From NCBI GenBank assembly GCA_045649885.1, contig JAZRQP010000010.1, positions 4,263 through 68,262 of the forward strand: DNA of 64,000 nt, read 5' to 3'. The number at the start of each line of letters is the position of its first letter. Within the stretch, counting starts at the first letter, position 1. The translations under genes were made by a program, and so were the position numbers. The stretch comes from Faecalimonas sp. Its GTDB lineage: Bacteria; Bacillota; Clostridia; Lachnospirales; Lachnospiraceae. The notes below the pieces were generated by a model that worked only from the letters and a program-made list of their open reading frames with translations, ran no database searches and was not told the origin of the DNA. This document shows, piece after piece, positions 46,793 to 57,805 of the stretch.

Positions 46793-48751
46793 TTAACCTT
46801 CTAACATTTTCAGGAACTCTTCCTCTGTGATAATCGGAATACCAAGCTCCTTTGCCTTTTTATTTTTGGATGATGTAGAATTTACATCATTGTTGATTAA
46901 ATAATCCGTTTTGGAAGTTACTGAGCCGGTCACCTTACCACCTTTGCTCTCGATCACTTCCTTCACTTCGTTTCGATTTGCGAAATGTTCTACACTACCA
47001 GTGATAACAAACACCTTGTTTTCAAAGATTTGTTCTTCTGTATTCACCTCTTCTATTGGAATAACAAGTTCCTCAAGCAAACGTTTTACTTCTTCCACAT
47101 TTTTCTCTTTTGCAAAATATGCCACAAATGCATTTGCAAGTACAGGTCCAATGCCTGATACAGCCGCCAGCTCTTCCTCTGTTAGCTGCATCATTCTGTG
47201 CATATCATATTTGAATTCTTTGCATATAACTTTTGCATTCGCAAGCCCGATTCCGGCAATTCCAAGACCGTAAATCAAACGCGGCAAGGCTGTAGTTCTT
47301 GCCTTTTCAATACTCTTTTGTAAATTCTCGTAAGACTTTTCGCCAAAGCCTTCCATGGACTTAATTTCCTCTGCATATTGTTCCAAATGGAACATATCAG
47401 AAAACACATGAATAAATCCTTTTGCAATGAATTTCTCCAGAGTCGCCTCGGAAAGTCCATCGATATTCAGCGCGTCGCGACTTACAAATAGTGCAAAGGA
47501 TTTCAAATGCTTCGCCGTACACTCTTCATTGGTACAATACAAGGCCTTCGCATCACTCACCTGACGAATCTCCGTCTTTCCGCCACATGCCGGACATGCT
47601 GACGGAATATCCTTCACGCCGCTTCTGGTTAGATTGGACGCAATCTGCGGAATAATCATATTGGCTTTGTATACTTCTATCTTATCCCCAATTCCCAGTT
47701 CCAATTCCTCCATAATACTAATATTATGAACGCTGGCTCTGCTAACTGTGGTTCCTTCCAATTCTACCGGCTCGAAAATCGCAACCGGATTAATCAGTCC
47801 TGTTCTTGACGGACTCCACTCGATTTCCAACAGCTTGGTCTCGCGAATCTCGTCTGCCCACTTAAATGCAAAAGAGTCTCTTGGAAATTTAGAGGTTCTT
47901 CCAAGGGACTGTCCATAAGCAATGTCATCATATACAAGCACAAGTCCATCCGATGGAAAATCATTATTTTTTATCTCCTCCGCAAAATATGCAACTCTTT
48001 CCTCAATCGTGTCGGCTGTTACCTCATAGCCTTCTACCACCGCAAAACCTTGTTCTTTCAGCCATTCTAATTGACAAATTCTTGAATTTTCAAAATCCAC
48101 GTCGTCAGCCTTTACAAGTGAAAATGCAAAAAACTGCACGTTACGTTTTGCTGTGATTTCATTATTCAATTGACGAACCGAGCCACTGCAAAGATTTCTT
48201 GGATTCTTATATTTGGCATCCACATCTTCAATCTCAGCGTTGATTTTTTCAAAATCCTGATAACCGATAACCGCCTCACCGCGCAAAATCAATTCCCCTT
48301 GGTATGCAATCTTAAGCGGAAGATTCTTAAAGGTCCTTGCGTTATTCGTAATAACTTCGCCAACCTCTCCATTTCCTCTGGTAACTGCTTTTTCCAGTTT
48401 TCCATTCTTATATGTGAGTACGATAGTTAATCCATCTAACTTCCAAGAAACAAAAGCTCTTTGATCTCCAAGAAATTCTTTCAACCGGGAAATCTCCTTT
48501 GTCTTATCCAGAGAAAGCATTGGTTTTTCGTGACGCTCTTTTGGAAGCTCACTTAGTACCTCGTAACCAACGTTGACTGTTGGACTGTTTGCCATCACGA
48601 TTCCTAATTCTTCTTCTAATGCAAGCAGCTCATCATACAGCTTATCATACTCAAAGTTACTCATAATCTCAGTAGCTTCCTGATAATAGGCTTTGGATGC
48701 TTTATTCAATAATTCCACTAATTCCTGCATGCGCTGTTTTTTTTGTTCCAT
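46793..48751 (-). CDS. ligA: NAD-dependent DNA ligase; start reassigned to MEQKK
   Basis: KLDG, TRGNG, NPRN, AFKW, Zn finger, BRCT domain. Confidence 0.96.
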   Translation of the reverse strand: MEQKKQRMQELVELLNKASKAYYQEATEIMSNFEYDKLYDELLALEEELGIVMANSPTVNVGYEVLSELPKERHEKPMLSLDKTKEISRLKEFLGDQRAFVSWKLDGLTIVLTYKNGKLEKAVTRGNGEVGEVITNNARTFKNLPLKIAYQGELILRGEAVIGYQDFEKINAEIEDVDAKYKNPRNLCSGSVRQLNNEITAKRNVQFFAFSLVKADDVDFENSRICQLEWLKEQGFAVVEGYEVTADTIEERVAYFAEEIKNNDFPSDGLVLVYDDIAYGQSLGRTSKFPRDSFAFKWADEIRETKLLEIEWSPSRTGLINPVAIFEPVELEGTTVSRASVHNISIMEELELGIGDKIEVYKANMIIPQIASNLTRSGVKDIPSACPACGGKTEIRQVSDAKALYCTNEECTAKHLKSFALFVSRDALNIDGLSEATLEKFIAKGFIHVFSDMFHLEQYAEEIKSMEGFGEKSYENLQKSIEKARTTALPRLIYGLGIAGIGLANAKVICKEFKYDMHRMMQLTEEELAAVSGIGPVLANAFVAYFAKEKNVEEVKRLLEELVIPIEEVNTEEQIFENKVFVITGSVEHFANRNEVKEVIESKGGKVTGSVTSKTDYLINNDVNSTSSKNKKAKELGIPIITEEEFLKMLEG

Positions 48752-48830
48752 TTTTATTTCCTCAACTTCTATTTCCACTTCTGCCCGACTACCACATTTC
48801 AGTCTTCTATGCCCTGTCACCCAATGGTGC

Positions 48831-49562
48831 CTACTCCTGTACAGGAATTACGGTTTCATTGGAAGAATCTTTAATCAATTCATATAATTCCGCTATCTCA
48901 TCCTCAGTTACTTTGCGATATTCACCAGGCTTCAAATTGCCAAGCTCGATATTCATAACACGAACCCGTTTCAGTTCTGTCACCTTATAACCAAGATATT
49001 CACACATTCGACGAATTTGACGGTTCAGACCTTGGGTTAAAATAATGCGGAATTTGTACTTTCCAATCATTTCCACCTTGCACTTACGAGTCACTGTATC
49101 TAATATCGGAACACCATTTGCCATCTGCTCAATAAACTCTGCCGTAATCGGTTTATTTACCGTCACCTTGTATTCCTTCTCATGCTGGTTTCCGGAGCGC
49201 ATCATTTTATTAATAATATCACCGTTATTGGTCATCAGAAGTAATCCTTCCGAATCCTTATCCAGCCTTCCGATATAAGTAACTCGGGTTGGATATTTCA
49301 AAAAATTGATAATATTATTTTTCTCTCGTTTCTCTTCGGTACACACAATTCCAACTGGTTTGTTGACTGCCAAAAGTACCATCTCATTCTTCGGACGAAT
49401 TTCTTTTTTCCCTACGCGAACCACTTGGGATTCTGTAATCTTCATCCCTGTTTCCGCAGGTTTTCCATCCACTGTCACCTTTCCACTTTCGATTAAGCGG
49501 TCCGCCTCTCGTCTGGAACAAACACCCGCTTCACTTAAAAATTTATTCAAACGTATTTCCAT
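48831..49562 (-). CDS. 23S rRNA pseudouridine synthase (RluF/RsuA family)
   Basis: S4 domain RLNKFLSEAGVCSRREAD; GRLDKDSEG; GLNRQIRRM. Confidence 0.9.
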   Translation of the reverse strand: MEIRLNKFLSEAGVCSRREADRLIESGKVTVDGKPAETGMKITESQVVRVGKKEIRPKNEMVLLAVNKPVGIVCTEEKREKNNIINFLKYPTRVTYIGRLDKDSEGLLLMTNNGDIINKMMRSGNQHEKEYKVTVNKPITAEFIEQMANGVPILDTVTRKCKVEMIGKYKFRIILTQGLNRQIRRMCEYLGYKVTELKRVRVMNIELGNLKPGEYRKVTEDEIAELYELIKDSSNETVIPVQE

Positions 49563-49570
49563 AACGTCTC

Positions 49571-50854
49571 CTACAAACTGAAATATGCTCCCATAAAATC
49601 AACTAAGCTTTCATAATCCTTCACACCCATGATCTCACGGCTGGAATGCATAGCAAGTAGCGGCACACCAATATCCACCGTGCGGACTGGAAGCATAGCA
49701 GATGAAATCGCGCCGATTGTTCCGCCACCGGTTGAATCAGAATGATTAACAAATTTCTGGTATGCAATACCCTCTTTCTCACAAATCTGCTGCACAATGG
49801 CAATCGCCTCACTATCTGTCGCGTAGCTCTGGGAAGCCGCTTGTTTAATCGCAAAACCTTGGTTCAGAACATGCTTATTCGTCACATCATATTTTGCAGC
49901 ATAATTTGGATGGTAAGCATGACTTACATCCACAGACATAAATAAGCTATCTTCTAGCGCATTTGTAAAATCTACTGTTTTCATTCCAAGTGACACATAG
50001 ATTTTCTCCAATATTGTGGATAATAATGTGGAGGCTGCTCCTTGCTTGGAACGACTGCCGATTTCCTCATGGTCAAATACAATCATCATGTTCAAACCAT
50101 TCTTGCGTGTACTCCGGGTAATTCCCTCTACAATAGCCTGCGTAGAAGTTAAGTTATCAAGTCTAGGTGCAGAAACGAACTCATCTTTCAGGCCCACGTG
50201 GCTTGGCTTATCTACGTTGTAGACCATTAATTCATAATCCAGAATATCATCTTTATTTACATTCAGTTTATCTGCAAGCGCTTCTAAGAATGCTTCTTTT
50301 GTCATTTCTTCGGATGCTGTTCCGCAGATTGGAATCATCTCCACCTGTTTGCGAAGTTCAACACCCTTGTTCATCTCACGATTAAAATGAATTGCCAGAT
50401 TTGGAATAATTAAAATCGGTTTCTTCATATCAATGAAACGAACCTCCGGCTTGAATACGTCATCCGATTTCAAAACCACACGTCCAGCTACCGAAAGTGG
50501 TCTATCTAACCAAGTAGATAGGATTGCTCCGCCATACCCTTCCGTATTAAGCTGCAAGTATCCGTTCACTTCCATTCCCGCATTTGGCTTAATACGAAAT
50601 CCCGGAAAATCTCCGTGAGATGCGGCAATACGAAAACTATCTTCTGCTCTAAAATCTGTTCCTACAGTGAAAGCAAAAATGGTAGAGCCATGGTGTACAA
50701 ACATATATTTTCCACCTTTTTTAAGGCTCCAGTTCTCCTTTAATGTAAGTTCTTCAAAACCCTCCGCAAGCAATTGCTCTTTGACTGCTAATGCAGTGTG
50801 AAATTGCGAAGTTGCATTTTCTAATAAATGAAATAATTTCTCTATACGATTCAT
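49571..50854 (-). CDS. M18 family aminopeptidase
   Basis: ASHGDFPG, TWLDRPLS, RLDNL, DHEEIGS, MHSSRE. Confidence 0.92.
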   Translation of the reverse strand: MNRIEKLFHLLENATSQFHTALAVKEQLLAEGFEELTLKENWSLKKGGKYMFVHHGSTIFAFTVGTDFRAEDSFRIAASHGDFPGFRIKPNAGMEVNGYLQLNTEGYGGAILSTWLDRPLSVAGRVVLKSDDVFKPEVRFIDMKKPILIIPNLAIHFNREMNKGVELRKQVEMIPICGTASEEMTKEAFLEALADKLNVNKDDILDYELMVYNVDKPSHVGLKDEFVSAPRLDNLTSTQAIVEGITRSTRKNGLNMMIVFDHEEIGSRSKQGAASTLLSTILEKIYVSLGMKTVDFTNALEDSLFMSVDVSHAYHPNYAAKYDVTNKHVLNQGFAIKQAASQSYATDSEAIAIVQQICEKEGIAYQKFVNHSDSTGGGTIGAISSAMLPVRTVDIGVPLLAMHSSREIMGVKDYESLVDFMGAYFSL

Positions 50855-50998
50855 AAACTAATCTCCTTTTTCTTTACCTTTTTATGATACTGTTTCCCAC
50901 ATCAAAAGTCAACTTTTCCCAAAAAGAGAATGTAATTTTTTAGGGTATCTGATATACTATAGGTTGTACTGGAAATTCCTATTTACAAGGAGTATTTT

Positions 50999-52345
50999 AT
51001 GCAAACAAACAATTTATTAACAGAATCTGTTTCAAAAATATTTTTTCGTTACCTAATACCTGCTATTTTAGCAAATATGGTGACTTCTATTTATATATTA
51101 GCAGACACCATTATTATTGGAAAAGGTATCGACACACTTGCAATGGCGGCTCTTAATATTATTCTTCCATTATTTAATATTTTCTTTGGAGTGGGACTTT
51201 TATTCGGAGTTGGCGGTTCCGTTCTAATGTCCATCGCACGCGGACGTGGAGACGAACAGTTGGGAAAATGTTATTTCACGCTTTCTGTAATTTTGAATGC
51301 TATAACTTGTCTGATACTAACAGTGTTACTATGGATTTTCATGGAGCCGGTTGTACGTTTCTTAGGTGCAACAAATGCAACGCTGCCATACATTCGCGAC
51401 TATGCACCTTATGTAATCTTGGGCTTAAGCGCGTTTGCTTTTTCTTCACTTTTACAAACCTTTGTAAGAAATGACGGAGCTCCGAAGCTTGCCATGATTG
51501 CAGTTATTTCAGGTGGTGTTTTAAACGTAATCCTGGACTTAATTTTCGTATTCCCGCTGCAAATGAAAATGGCCGGCGCGGCAATTGCAAGCGTGATTGG
51601 CTCACTTTGTACTATCTGCATTTTATTATTACACTTTTTATCAAAAACAAATGGATTGAATTTCTCATTGAAAGGGTTTTCTTTGTCCTGTATTGGGCGG
51701 ATTTTCCAAAATGGTTTTACCAGTTTCCTCGTGGATATAACATCTGGGATTGTTATGTTTGTCTTTAATATAAAGATTTTAGAATACGCAGGAGACAACG
51801 GTGTCAGTATGTATGGTGTTATATGCAATACCGCAATTATCGTGGTCTGTCTATGTAATGGAATTAATCAGGCGGCTCAGCCGATTCTTTCAACCAATTA
51901 CGGTGCTGGTTTTACAAAACGTATTGGTCAAATACGGAGTCTTGGAATTAAAACTGCTTTGATAATATGCGCATTACCAACAATATTAGGACTGATTATG
52001 CCAAATATGTTTACCTATATTTTCTTGAATCCCAACGAGGAAATCCTTGCCATGTCGTCCTCCGCAATCCGCATTTATTTTATCGGGTTCTTGGCTATGG
52101 GCATTAACATGTTTGTGGTTGGATATTTTCAATCTACTGCAAAACCGAAATTGTCACTACTTGTGTGTCTTGCGAGAGGCTGTGTACTTAGTATTATTTT
52201 TGTCACAATCCTTGCGCCGACATTTGGAATCAATGGAATATGGGCATCCGTTCCACTGGCAGAATTTGTGACGTTATTTATATCAATTTATTTTCTGGCT
52301 AGGAAATCGACACGCCAGATGAACACAAAGGAGGAAATCGCATGA
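50999..52345 (+). CDS. MATE family efflux transporter
   Basis: 12 TM; RNDGAPKLAM; STNYGAG. Confidence 0.9.
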   Translation: MQTNNLLTESVSKIFFRYLIPAILANMVTSIYILADTIIIGKGIDTLAMAALNIILPLFNIFFGVGLLFGVGGSVLMSIARGRGDEQLGKCYFTLSVILNAITCLILTVLLWIFMEPVVRFLGATNATLPYIRDYAPYVILGLSAFAFSSLLQTFVRNDGAPKLAMIAVISGGVLNVILDLIFVFPLQMKMAGAAIASVIGSLCTICILLLHFLSKTNGLNFSLKGFSLSCIGRIFQNGFTSFLVDITSGIVMFVFNIKILEYAGDNGVSMYGVICNTAIIVVCLCNGINQAAQPILSTNYGAGFTKRIGQIRSLGIKTALIICALPTILGLIMPNMFTYIFLNPNEEILAMSSSAIRIYFIGFLAMGINMFVVGYFQSTAKPKLSLLVCLARGCVLSIIFVTILAPTFGINGIWASVPLAEFVTLFISIYFLARKSTRQMNTKEEIA

Positions 52346-52830
52346 TTGCTTTATCATTAACTGAAGTAAAAGAATGTATGTCAAAATTGTTGTTATCGGA
52401 AACATTTGATCCTTTTCTATTTATTGAAGGGGAAATCATGACTTTTTCAACATTTACTATGGATGGATATTTAAAGAAAGATTTTTTTGAAGAAGGCACC
52501 GCCCCTGACAGAGAATATGTACTTTGGAAAGAAATGCGTGAATACTGCTTCTCTCTCATTAAGGGAAAACGTACACCCCTTGGGTTTAAATTTGTCTTGG
52601 GACTGTCTGAATCTAATATTGAAAAACTAATTCAGCAACAGGGATTAAACTTTGAGCTTGAAGATGTGCGTGGACTCTACATAAACTTGAAATACGATGG
52701 TCAAAAACTGCAATGTGTGACAGGAACGGCCATGAACTTATTTACAATGGATAAATCCCTGGAACAGGCATGGGATACGATGGTGCAGAAGTTCTTTACA
52801 CAGAAGGAAATTACGTTTGAAGTGATGTAG
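52342..52830 (+). CDS. Conserved Lachnospiraceae protein (DUF5721-like)
   Basis: TFSTFTMDG...IKGKRTPLGFKFVL...FTMDKSLEQAWD pattern recalled; coupled to the MATE gene. Confidence 0.65.
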   Translation: MIALSLTEVKECMSKLLLSETFDPFLFIEGEIMTFSTFTMDGYLKKDFFEEGTAPDREYVLWKEMREYCFSLIKGKRTPLGFKFVLGLSESNIEKLIQQQGLNFELEDVRGLYINLKYDGQKLQCVTGTAMNLFTMDKSLEQAWDTMVQKFFTQKEITFEVM

Positions 52831-52885
52831 AGGAACGGCAGTTGTTTTGGTTTTGACCGCTTTATGGTGCATGAATTTGAAATTT

Positions 52886-52983
52886 TACGGTGCAGGATAA
52901 GGATTTGCAATATGGCACCGTAATCCACATAACTGTTCAAAAATAACTACGGTGCAAAACATGTAATACATGTTCTGCACCGT
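52886..52983. repeat. Two REP-like hairpins sharing a TACGGTGCA/GCACCGT stem between convergent genes
   Basis: 52886-52922 and 52948-52983. Confidence 0.65.
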
Positions 52984-53033
52984 TTTCATGTCCATATCCT
53001 ACCTAAAATCCTTGTCCGTCCGCATACACTGCT

Positions 53034-55109
53034 TTACTTAGCAAGCAACATCATAATCTCATTACTTCTCTTGATAAACTCTGTCATTTGCTCTGGATTT
53101 AGTGGCTTGTTGCTAAGTAGCGCCAAGTCATACAATTGTTTGCAGAACAATGCAGTATTTTCACCTTCACCGTTCGCGAGCACATATTGTACCAATGGAT
53201 GATTTGCATTGAGAACCAAAGTCACATCATTGCCAAACATACTTGGGTCCATGCCCATCATGCCGTACATTTTCATCATATCCTGCATACGACGTGATTC
53301 CTCAGAAAGTGTCATCATAGATGCCACATTTTCATTTTTCAGTTTTTCCACTTTTACATCTAACTTCTCATTTCCTAATGCTTTGCGGAAAATATCTGTC
53401 AATGTTTCTGTGTTTGCCTTAAATGCTTCTTCCTCATCTGCTGCAACTTCCTGCTTAAAGGTGTCTGTCAAATCTGCATCAATACGCGCAAACTTCACAT
53501 TTTCATTGCGTTGCTCTAACTGACTGATAAATGGCGAGTCAATGTTATGTGTCAATATAACTGCATCCATTCCTTCAGCCTTGAACATATTGATGTACTG
53601 GCTCTGTTGTTGTTCGTCTGTCACATAGTAAATCGTAATTTTTTCCTTTTCTTTGTCTTCACTGGAAGCATCGCCTTCTACCGTTTCCACTTCCACAGTA
53701 GCATCTTCTGTTGCAGGTTTGGTATTTTCAATACACTCTTTCAACGTCAAATACTTGTGGTCAAGATTTTTAAACAACATGTAATCGCTCATCTTATCAC
53801 AGAACTTGTCATCTTTGAGGCAGCCAAATTTGATAAATGGGCTGATGTCATCCCAGTAGCTTTCATAGGTTTCTTTATCTGTCTTGCACATTCCGGAAAG
53901 CTTGTCTGCCACCTTCTTGGAAATGTATTCCGAAATCTTATTTACGAATCCATCATTCTGGAGCGCGCTACGGGATACGTTAAGTGGTAAATCTGGACAA
54001 TCAATAACACCCTTTAATACCATCAAAAACTCCGGAATGACTTCTTTTATATTATCTGCAATAAATACCTGGTTGTTATATAATTTAATCTTTCCTTCTA
54101 CTGAATCATATTCTGTATTGATTTTCGGGAAATACAAAATACCCTTCAAGTTAAATGGATAATCCATGTTCAGATGAATCCAGAACAATGGCTCTTTGTA
54201 ATCCATAAACACCTTACGGTAGAATGCAATGTAGTCATCCTTTTCACATTCGTTTGGATGCTTTGCCCAAAGTGGAGTTGTATCATTCAAAGCTACCGGA
54301 CGTTTATTAATCTTAACCTTATCCTTTGCCGGTGACACTTCCACCATTTCTTTGGTGCCATCTTCATTTTCTTTTTCTTCCATCTTGGCTTCTTCGTGAA
54401 TGTGTTCTACAACCACGTCGTCTTCCTTCAACTCGTCAGCCATGATAGTTTCATATTCCTGCTCTGCATTTTCCTTTGATAAATAAATCGGAACCGGCAT
54501 AAATGAGCAGTATTTTTCAATCACTTCTCTTACGCGATATTCATTAGCAAATTCTAAGCTGTCTTCGTTGAGGAATAAGGTAATCTCTGTTCCGACAGCC
54601 TCTTTATTACCGTCTTCCATGTCGTACTCTGTACCACCGTCGCAGGTCCAATGTACAGGAGTGGCACCTTCTTTATAAGAGAGGGTATCAATTTGCACCT
54701 CGTCAGCTACCATAAATGCTGAATAGAATCCAAGACCAAAATGACCAATCATATCATCTTCTGTTGTCTTGTCTTTGTATTTTTCTAAAAATTCTGTAGC
54801 ACCGGAAAATGCAATCTGTGTAATATATTCCTCTACTTCTTCCGCTGTCATACCAAGACCGGTATCGATGAATTTCATGGTCTTTTCTTCCGGATTCACA
54901 ACCACCTGAATACTTGGCTTGTAATCATCCGGCATCTGGTACTCGCCCATCATATCTAATTTTTTCAATTTTGTGATTGCATCGCAACCATTTGAAATTA
55001 ACTCACGCACGAAAATGTCGTGGTCAGAATACATCCATTTTTTAATAATTGGAAAAATATTTTCGCTGTTAATAGAAAGATTTCCATGTTTTGTTGCCAT
55101 ATTAAGCAT
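53034..55109 (-). CDS. htpG: Hsp90 chaperone HtpG
   Basis: FVRELISNGCDA, DTGLGMT, IGHFGLGFYSAF, LNVSRSALQ. Confidence 0.97.
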   Translation of the reverse strand: MLNMATKHGNLSINSENIFPIIKKWMYSDHDIFVRELISNGCDAITKLKKLDMMGEYQMPDDYKPSIQVVVNPEEKTMKFIDTGLGMTAEEVEEYITQIAFSGATEFLEKYKDKTTEDDMIGHFGLGFYSAFMVADEVQIDTLSYKEGATPVHWTCDGGTEYDMEDGNKEAVGTEITLFLNEDSLEFANEYRVREVIEKYCSFMPVPIYLSKENAEQEYETIMADELKEDDVVVEHIHEEAKMEEKENEDGTKEMVEVSPAKDKVKINKRPVALNDTTPLWAKHPNECEKDDYIAFYRKVFMDYKEPLFWIHLNMDYPFNLKGILYFPKINTEYDSVEGKIKLYNNQVFIADNIKEVIPEFLMVLKGVIDCPDLPLNVSRSALQNDGFVNKISEYISKKVADKLSGMCKTDKETYESYWDDISPFIKFGCLKDDKFCDKMSDYMLFKNLDHKYLTLKECIENTKPATEDATVEVETVEGDASSEDKEKEKITIYYVTDEQQQSQYINMFKAEGMDAVILTHNIDSPFISQLEQRNENVKFARIDADLTDTFKQEVAADEEEAFKANTETLTDIFRKALGNEKLDVKVEKLKNENVASMMTLSEESRRMQDMMKMYGMMGMDPSMFGNDVTLVLNANHPLVQYVLANGEGENTALFCKQLYDLALLSNKPLNPEQMTEFIKRSNEIMMLLAK

Positions 55110-55141
55110 CTCCTTTTCCGTCTAAAGTTTACCTAAAACAT

Positions 55142-55204
55142 ATATTAATACTCATTAAATCAGATGTCAATACAAAATTAGCACTCTCAAAGAAAGAGTG
55201 CTAA
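55142..55204 (-). promoter_or_regulatory. CIRCE plus sigmaA promoter of htpG
   Basis: TTAGCACTC-N9-GAGTGCTAA 55178-55204; 7 nt; TTGACA 55165-70; 17 nt; TAATAT 55142-47. Confidence 0.93.
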
Positions 55205-55320
55205 TAATTTTATGAAAATTATGAAATTATAATAAAAAAATTTCCCCACAACACAGATTCCATGATACAATGCAAATATTGAAGTATGATTAACTTTTAA
55301 CCAAAAGGAGCGTTTACAAT

Positions 55321-55821
55321 ATGAAGAATCTAAGAATTATGCCTGTTACCAATATGGAGCTTGTCTATTCCGTGTATGCCGTTGCAGATGCAATCTGGCA
55401 CCAACACTACATACCTATTCTTGGAGAAGAACAGGTTGACTATATGGTAGAGAAATTTTTATCACCGGAAGCATTGGTAGAACAAATCAACTCTGGTTAC
55501 GAATACTTTTTATTTTCCTATGATTATACCTTTGCCGGATTTGCTGGAATTCATGAAGAAGACGGAAAATTATTCTTAAGCAAGCTATATGTAGACGAAG
55601 AATTTCGTGGAAAAGGCATTGGAAAGCACATGTTCCAGAAGTTTGTTGAAATATGCAAAATGAGAAACTTGAAGGGGATTTGGCTTACTTGCAATCGCCA
55701 CAACACAGACACCCTTGCAGTGTATGAACACCTCGGTTTTACCAAAGTTCGCGAGGAAGTCACTGACATTGGAAATGGATTTGTGATGGATGATTACATA
55801 TTAGAATATGAAGTAAAATAG
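55321..55821 (+). CDS. GNAT acetyltransferase
   Basis: LSKLYVDEEFRGKGIG acetyl-CoA motif; LTCNRHN. Confidence 0.9.
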   Translation: MKNLRIMPVTNMELVYSVYAVADAIWHQHYIPILGEEQVDYMVEKFLSPEALVEQINSGYEYFLFSYDYTFAGFAGIHEEDGKLFLSKLYVDEEFRGKGIGKHMFQKFVEICKMRNLKGIWLTCNRHNTDTLAVYEHLGFTKVREEVTDIGNGFVMDDYILEYEVK

Positions 55822-55845
55822 ATATAATATTTACGGGGAGTATTG

Positions 55846-56550
55846 CTACTCCCCGCTATTTATTGAAACAATATCTAACACCTGGCTCAAATCATTTATT
55901 TCATAATCGATGTGTAGCCCTAGGTCATTTTCCTTTCCCAAAGGATTAAACCAGCAAGTAACAATACCTGCATTATTTCCACCTTGAATATCACTGGTAA
56001 GGGAATCACCCACAATTAGAACCTCTGATTTATCATATTCACCAATTGTTTTAAAGACTTCATCAAAAAATCCAATTGCCGGCTTTTCTATCCCTATCAC
56101 ATCGGATATAAATACGCCATCAAACAAATCAATGAGCCCTGAGTTTCGAAGTTTTCTATCCTGTGCTACCTTTGTTCCATTTGTAACTGCATATTGCGGA
56201 ATCTTGCCCTTACACATTTTTACAGTTTCCAAGCCATTCTTATTAAAACAAATGGTATCTCCTAAACGAACCTGATATTCAGCGTTAACCTGTGGCGCAA
56301 CAGAGGTATCCAATCCATATTTCTCAAGCAGATCATGGAAACGCGCTACCAAAGCTTCTTTTTTGCTAATATCACCTATCTCCAAACGTTTCCAATACTC
56401 TCTATTAATGGTTTGATATGCACCAAGCATTTCGTCTGTGCACTCGCCCAAATCAAAAGCCGAAAAACATTGTCGGATAGCAGCCTTTTCCGCCGCTTCA
56501 AAATTTAAAAGTGTACCATCTATATCCCACAAAATAACTTTAATTTTCAT
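55846..56550 (-). CDS. YjjG-family HAD nucleotidase
   Basis: WDIDGTLLNF, TNG, KP, VGDSLTSDIQGG. Confidence 0.92.
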   Translation of the reverse strand: MKIKVILWDIDGTLLNFEAAEKAAIRQCFSAFDLGECTDEMLGAYQTINREYWKRLEIGDISKKEALVARFHDLLEKYGLDTSVAPQVNAEYQVRLGDTICFNKNGLETVKMCKGKIPQYAVTNGTKVAQDRKLRNSGLIDLFDGVFISDVIGIEKPAIGFFDEVFKTIGEYDKSEVLIVGDSLTSDIQGGNNAGIVTCWFNPLGKENDLGLHIDYEINDLSQVLDIVSINSGE

Positions 56551-56682
56551 TTTGACGTTCCTCTCAACCTTAATTTGAATTTTGTAATAGGGAACCCTGA
56601 GTTAACCCTATTCTGACACTTGTGTGATAAAAAAAGAAAGTGCCGAAACCCTTGTAAAATCAAGAACCTTAGCACCTTCAAA

Positions 56683-56756
<74 letters not shown>

Positions 56757-56791
56757 CTATAATTACAAAATTTCTTATTAAATAAAAAAAA

Positions 56792-56862
56792 CTACGGAAA
56801 AGGGATTCGAACCCCTACTAACAGAGTCAGAGTCTGCTGTGCTACCATTACACCATTCCGCA
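56792..56862 (-). tRNA. tRNA-Gln(CTG)
   Basis: TGCGGAA/TTCCGTA acceptor; anticodon loop CTCTGAC; GGTTCGAATCC. Confidence 0.93.
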
Positions 56863-57023
56863 TTAATGTTTACCGAACAAAATACATTATATCATTATTT
56901 TTTTAAAAATCAACCATTTTCTTTTAAAAAAATATTGTAAATCAGCCTGTTTTGTGATAAAAATTTTATGTGAGATGTTTTAGTCTCCTTACTAATCATT
57001 TTGAAAAAGAGAGGAAATCGAAA

Positions 57024-57707
57024 ATGGAAAAAATTTATACAGGTAAAACAAAAGATGTGTACAAACTTGATAATGGAAATGTAATGTTAAAATTCAAAGA
57101 CGACTGTACCGGAAAAGACGGCGTATTTGATCCAGGCGAAAACTCTGTTGGTTTAACAATTGAAGGGATTGGTAAAGCAAACTTAGAAACATCTATCCAC
57201 TACTTCGAATTATTAAAAGAAGCCGGAATTAAAACACACTACGTAGGTGCTAACTTAGATGACGCTACTATGGAAGTTCTTCCTGCAACAGTATTTGGAC
57301 ATGGTCTCGAAGTAATCTGCCGTTTGGTAGCAACAGGAAGCTTCATCCGCAGATATGGTGAATATATTGAAAATGGTACTGTTTTAGAAGGTGGCTATGT
57401 TGGATGTACATTCAAAAATGGTGAATTAGGTGACCCACTTGTAACAGGTGAAGGTCTTGCAGCATTAGGAATCATGACACCTGCTATGTTTGAAAGCATG
57501 AAAGAACAAACATTGGCAATTACTAAAATTGTTGCTGATGATTTAAAATCACTTGGTCTTGACCTTTGGGATATCAAATTCGAATTTGGTTACAACAACG
57601 ACGAAGTTATCTTAATCGACGAAATTGCTTCTGGTAACATGCGTGTATACAAAGACGGACAAATCGTTGACCCAGTTGAATTGACAAAGATTATCAACAA
57701 CAGATAA
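57024..57707 (+). CDS. purC: SAICAR synthetase; start reassigned to MEKIY
   Basis: GKTKDVY, LEVICR, DIKFEFG, LIDEI. Confidence 0.92.
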   Translation: MEKIYTGKTKDVYKLDNGNVMLKFKDDCTGKDGVFDPGENSVGLTIEGIGKANLETSIHYFELLKEAGIKTHYVGANLDDATMEVLPATVFGHGLEVICRLVATGSFIRRYGEYIENGTVLEGGYVGCTFKNGELGDPLVTGEGLAALGIMTPAMFESMKEQTLAITKIVADDLKSLGLDLWDIKFEFGYNNDEVILIDEIASGNMRVYKDGQIVDPVELTKIINNR

Positions 57708-57724
57708 TTATAGACAAAAAATTT

Positions 57725-57755
57725 ATGGCACTGAATTTTCACATTCAGTGCCATT
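57725..57755. terminator. Bidirectional terminator purC/dapF
   Basis: ATGGCACTGAAT...ATTCAGTGCCAT hairpin. Confidence 0.8.
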
Positions 57756-57805
57756 TTTATTATCCCTTATTCTACCGTTGAAAGCTGTTCTTTTCCTAGT
57801 TGTAC

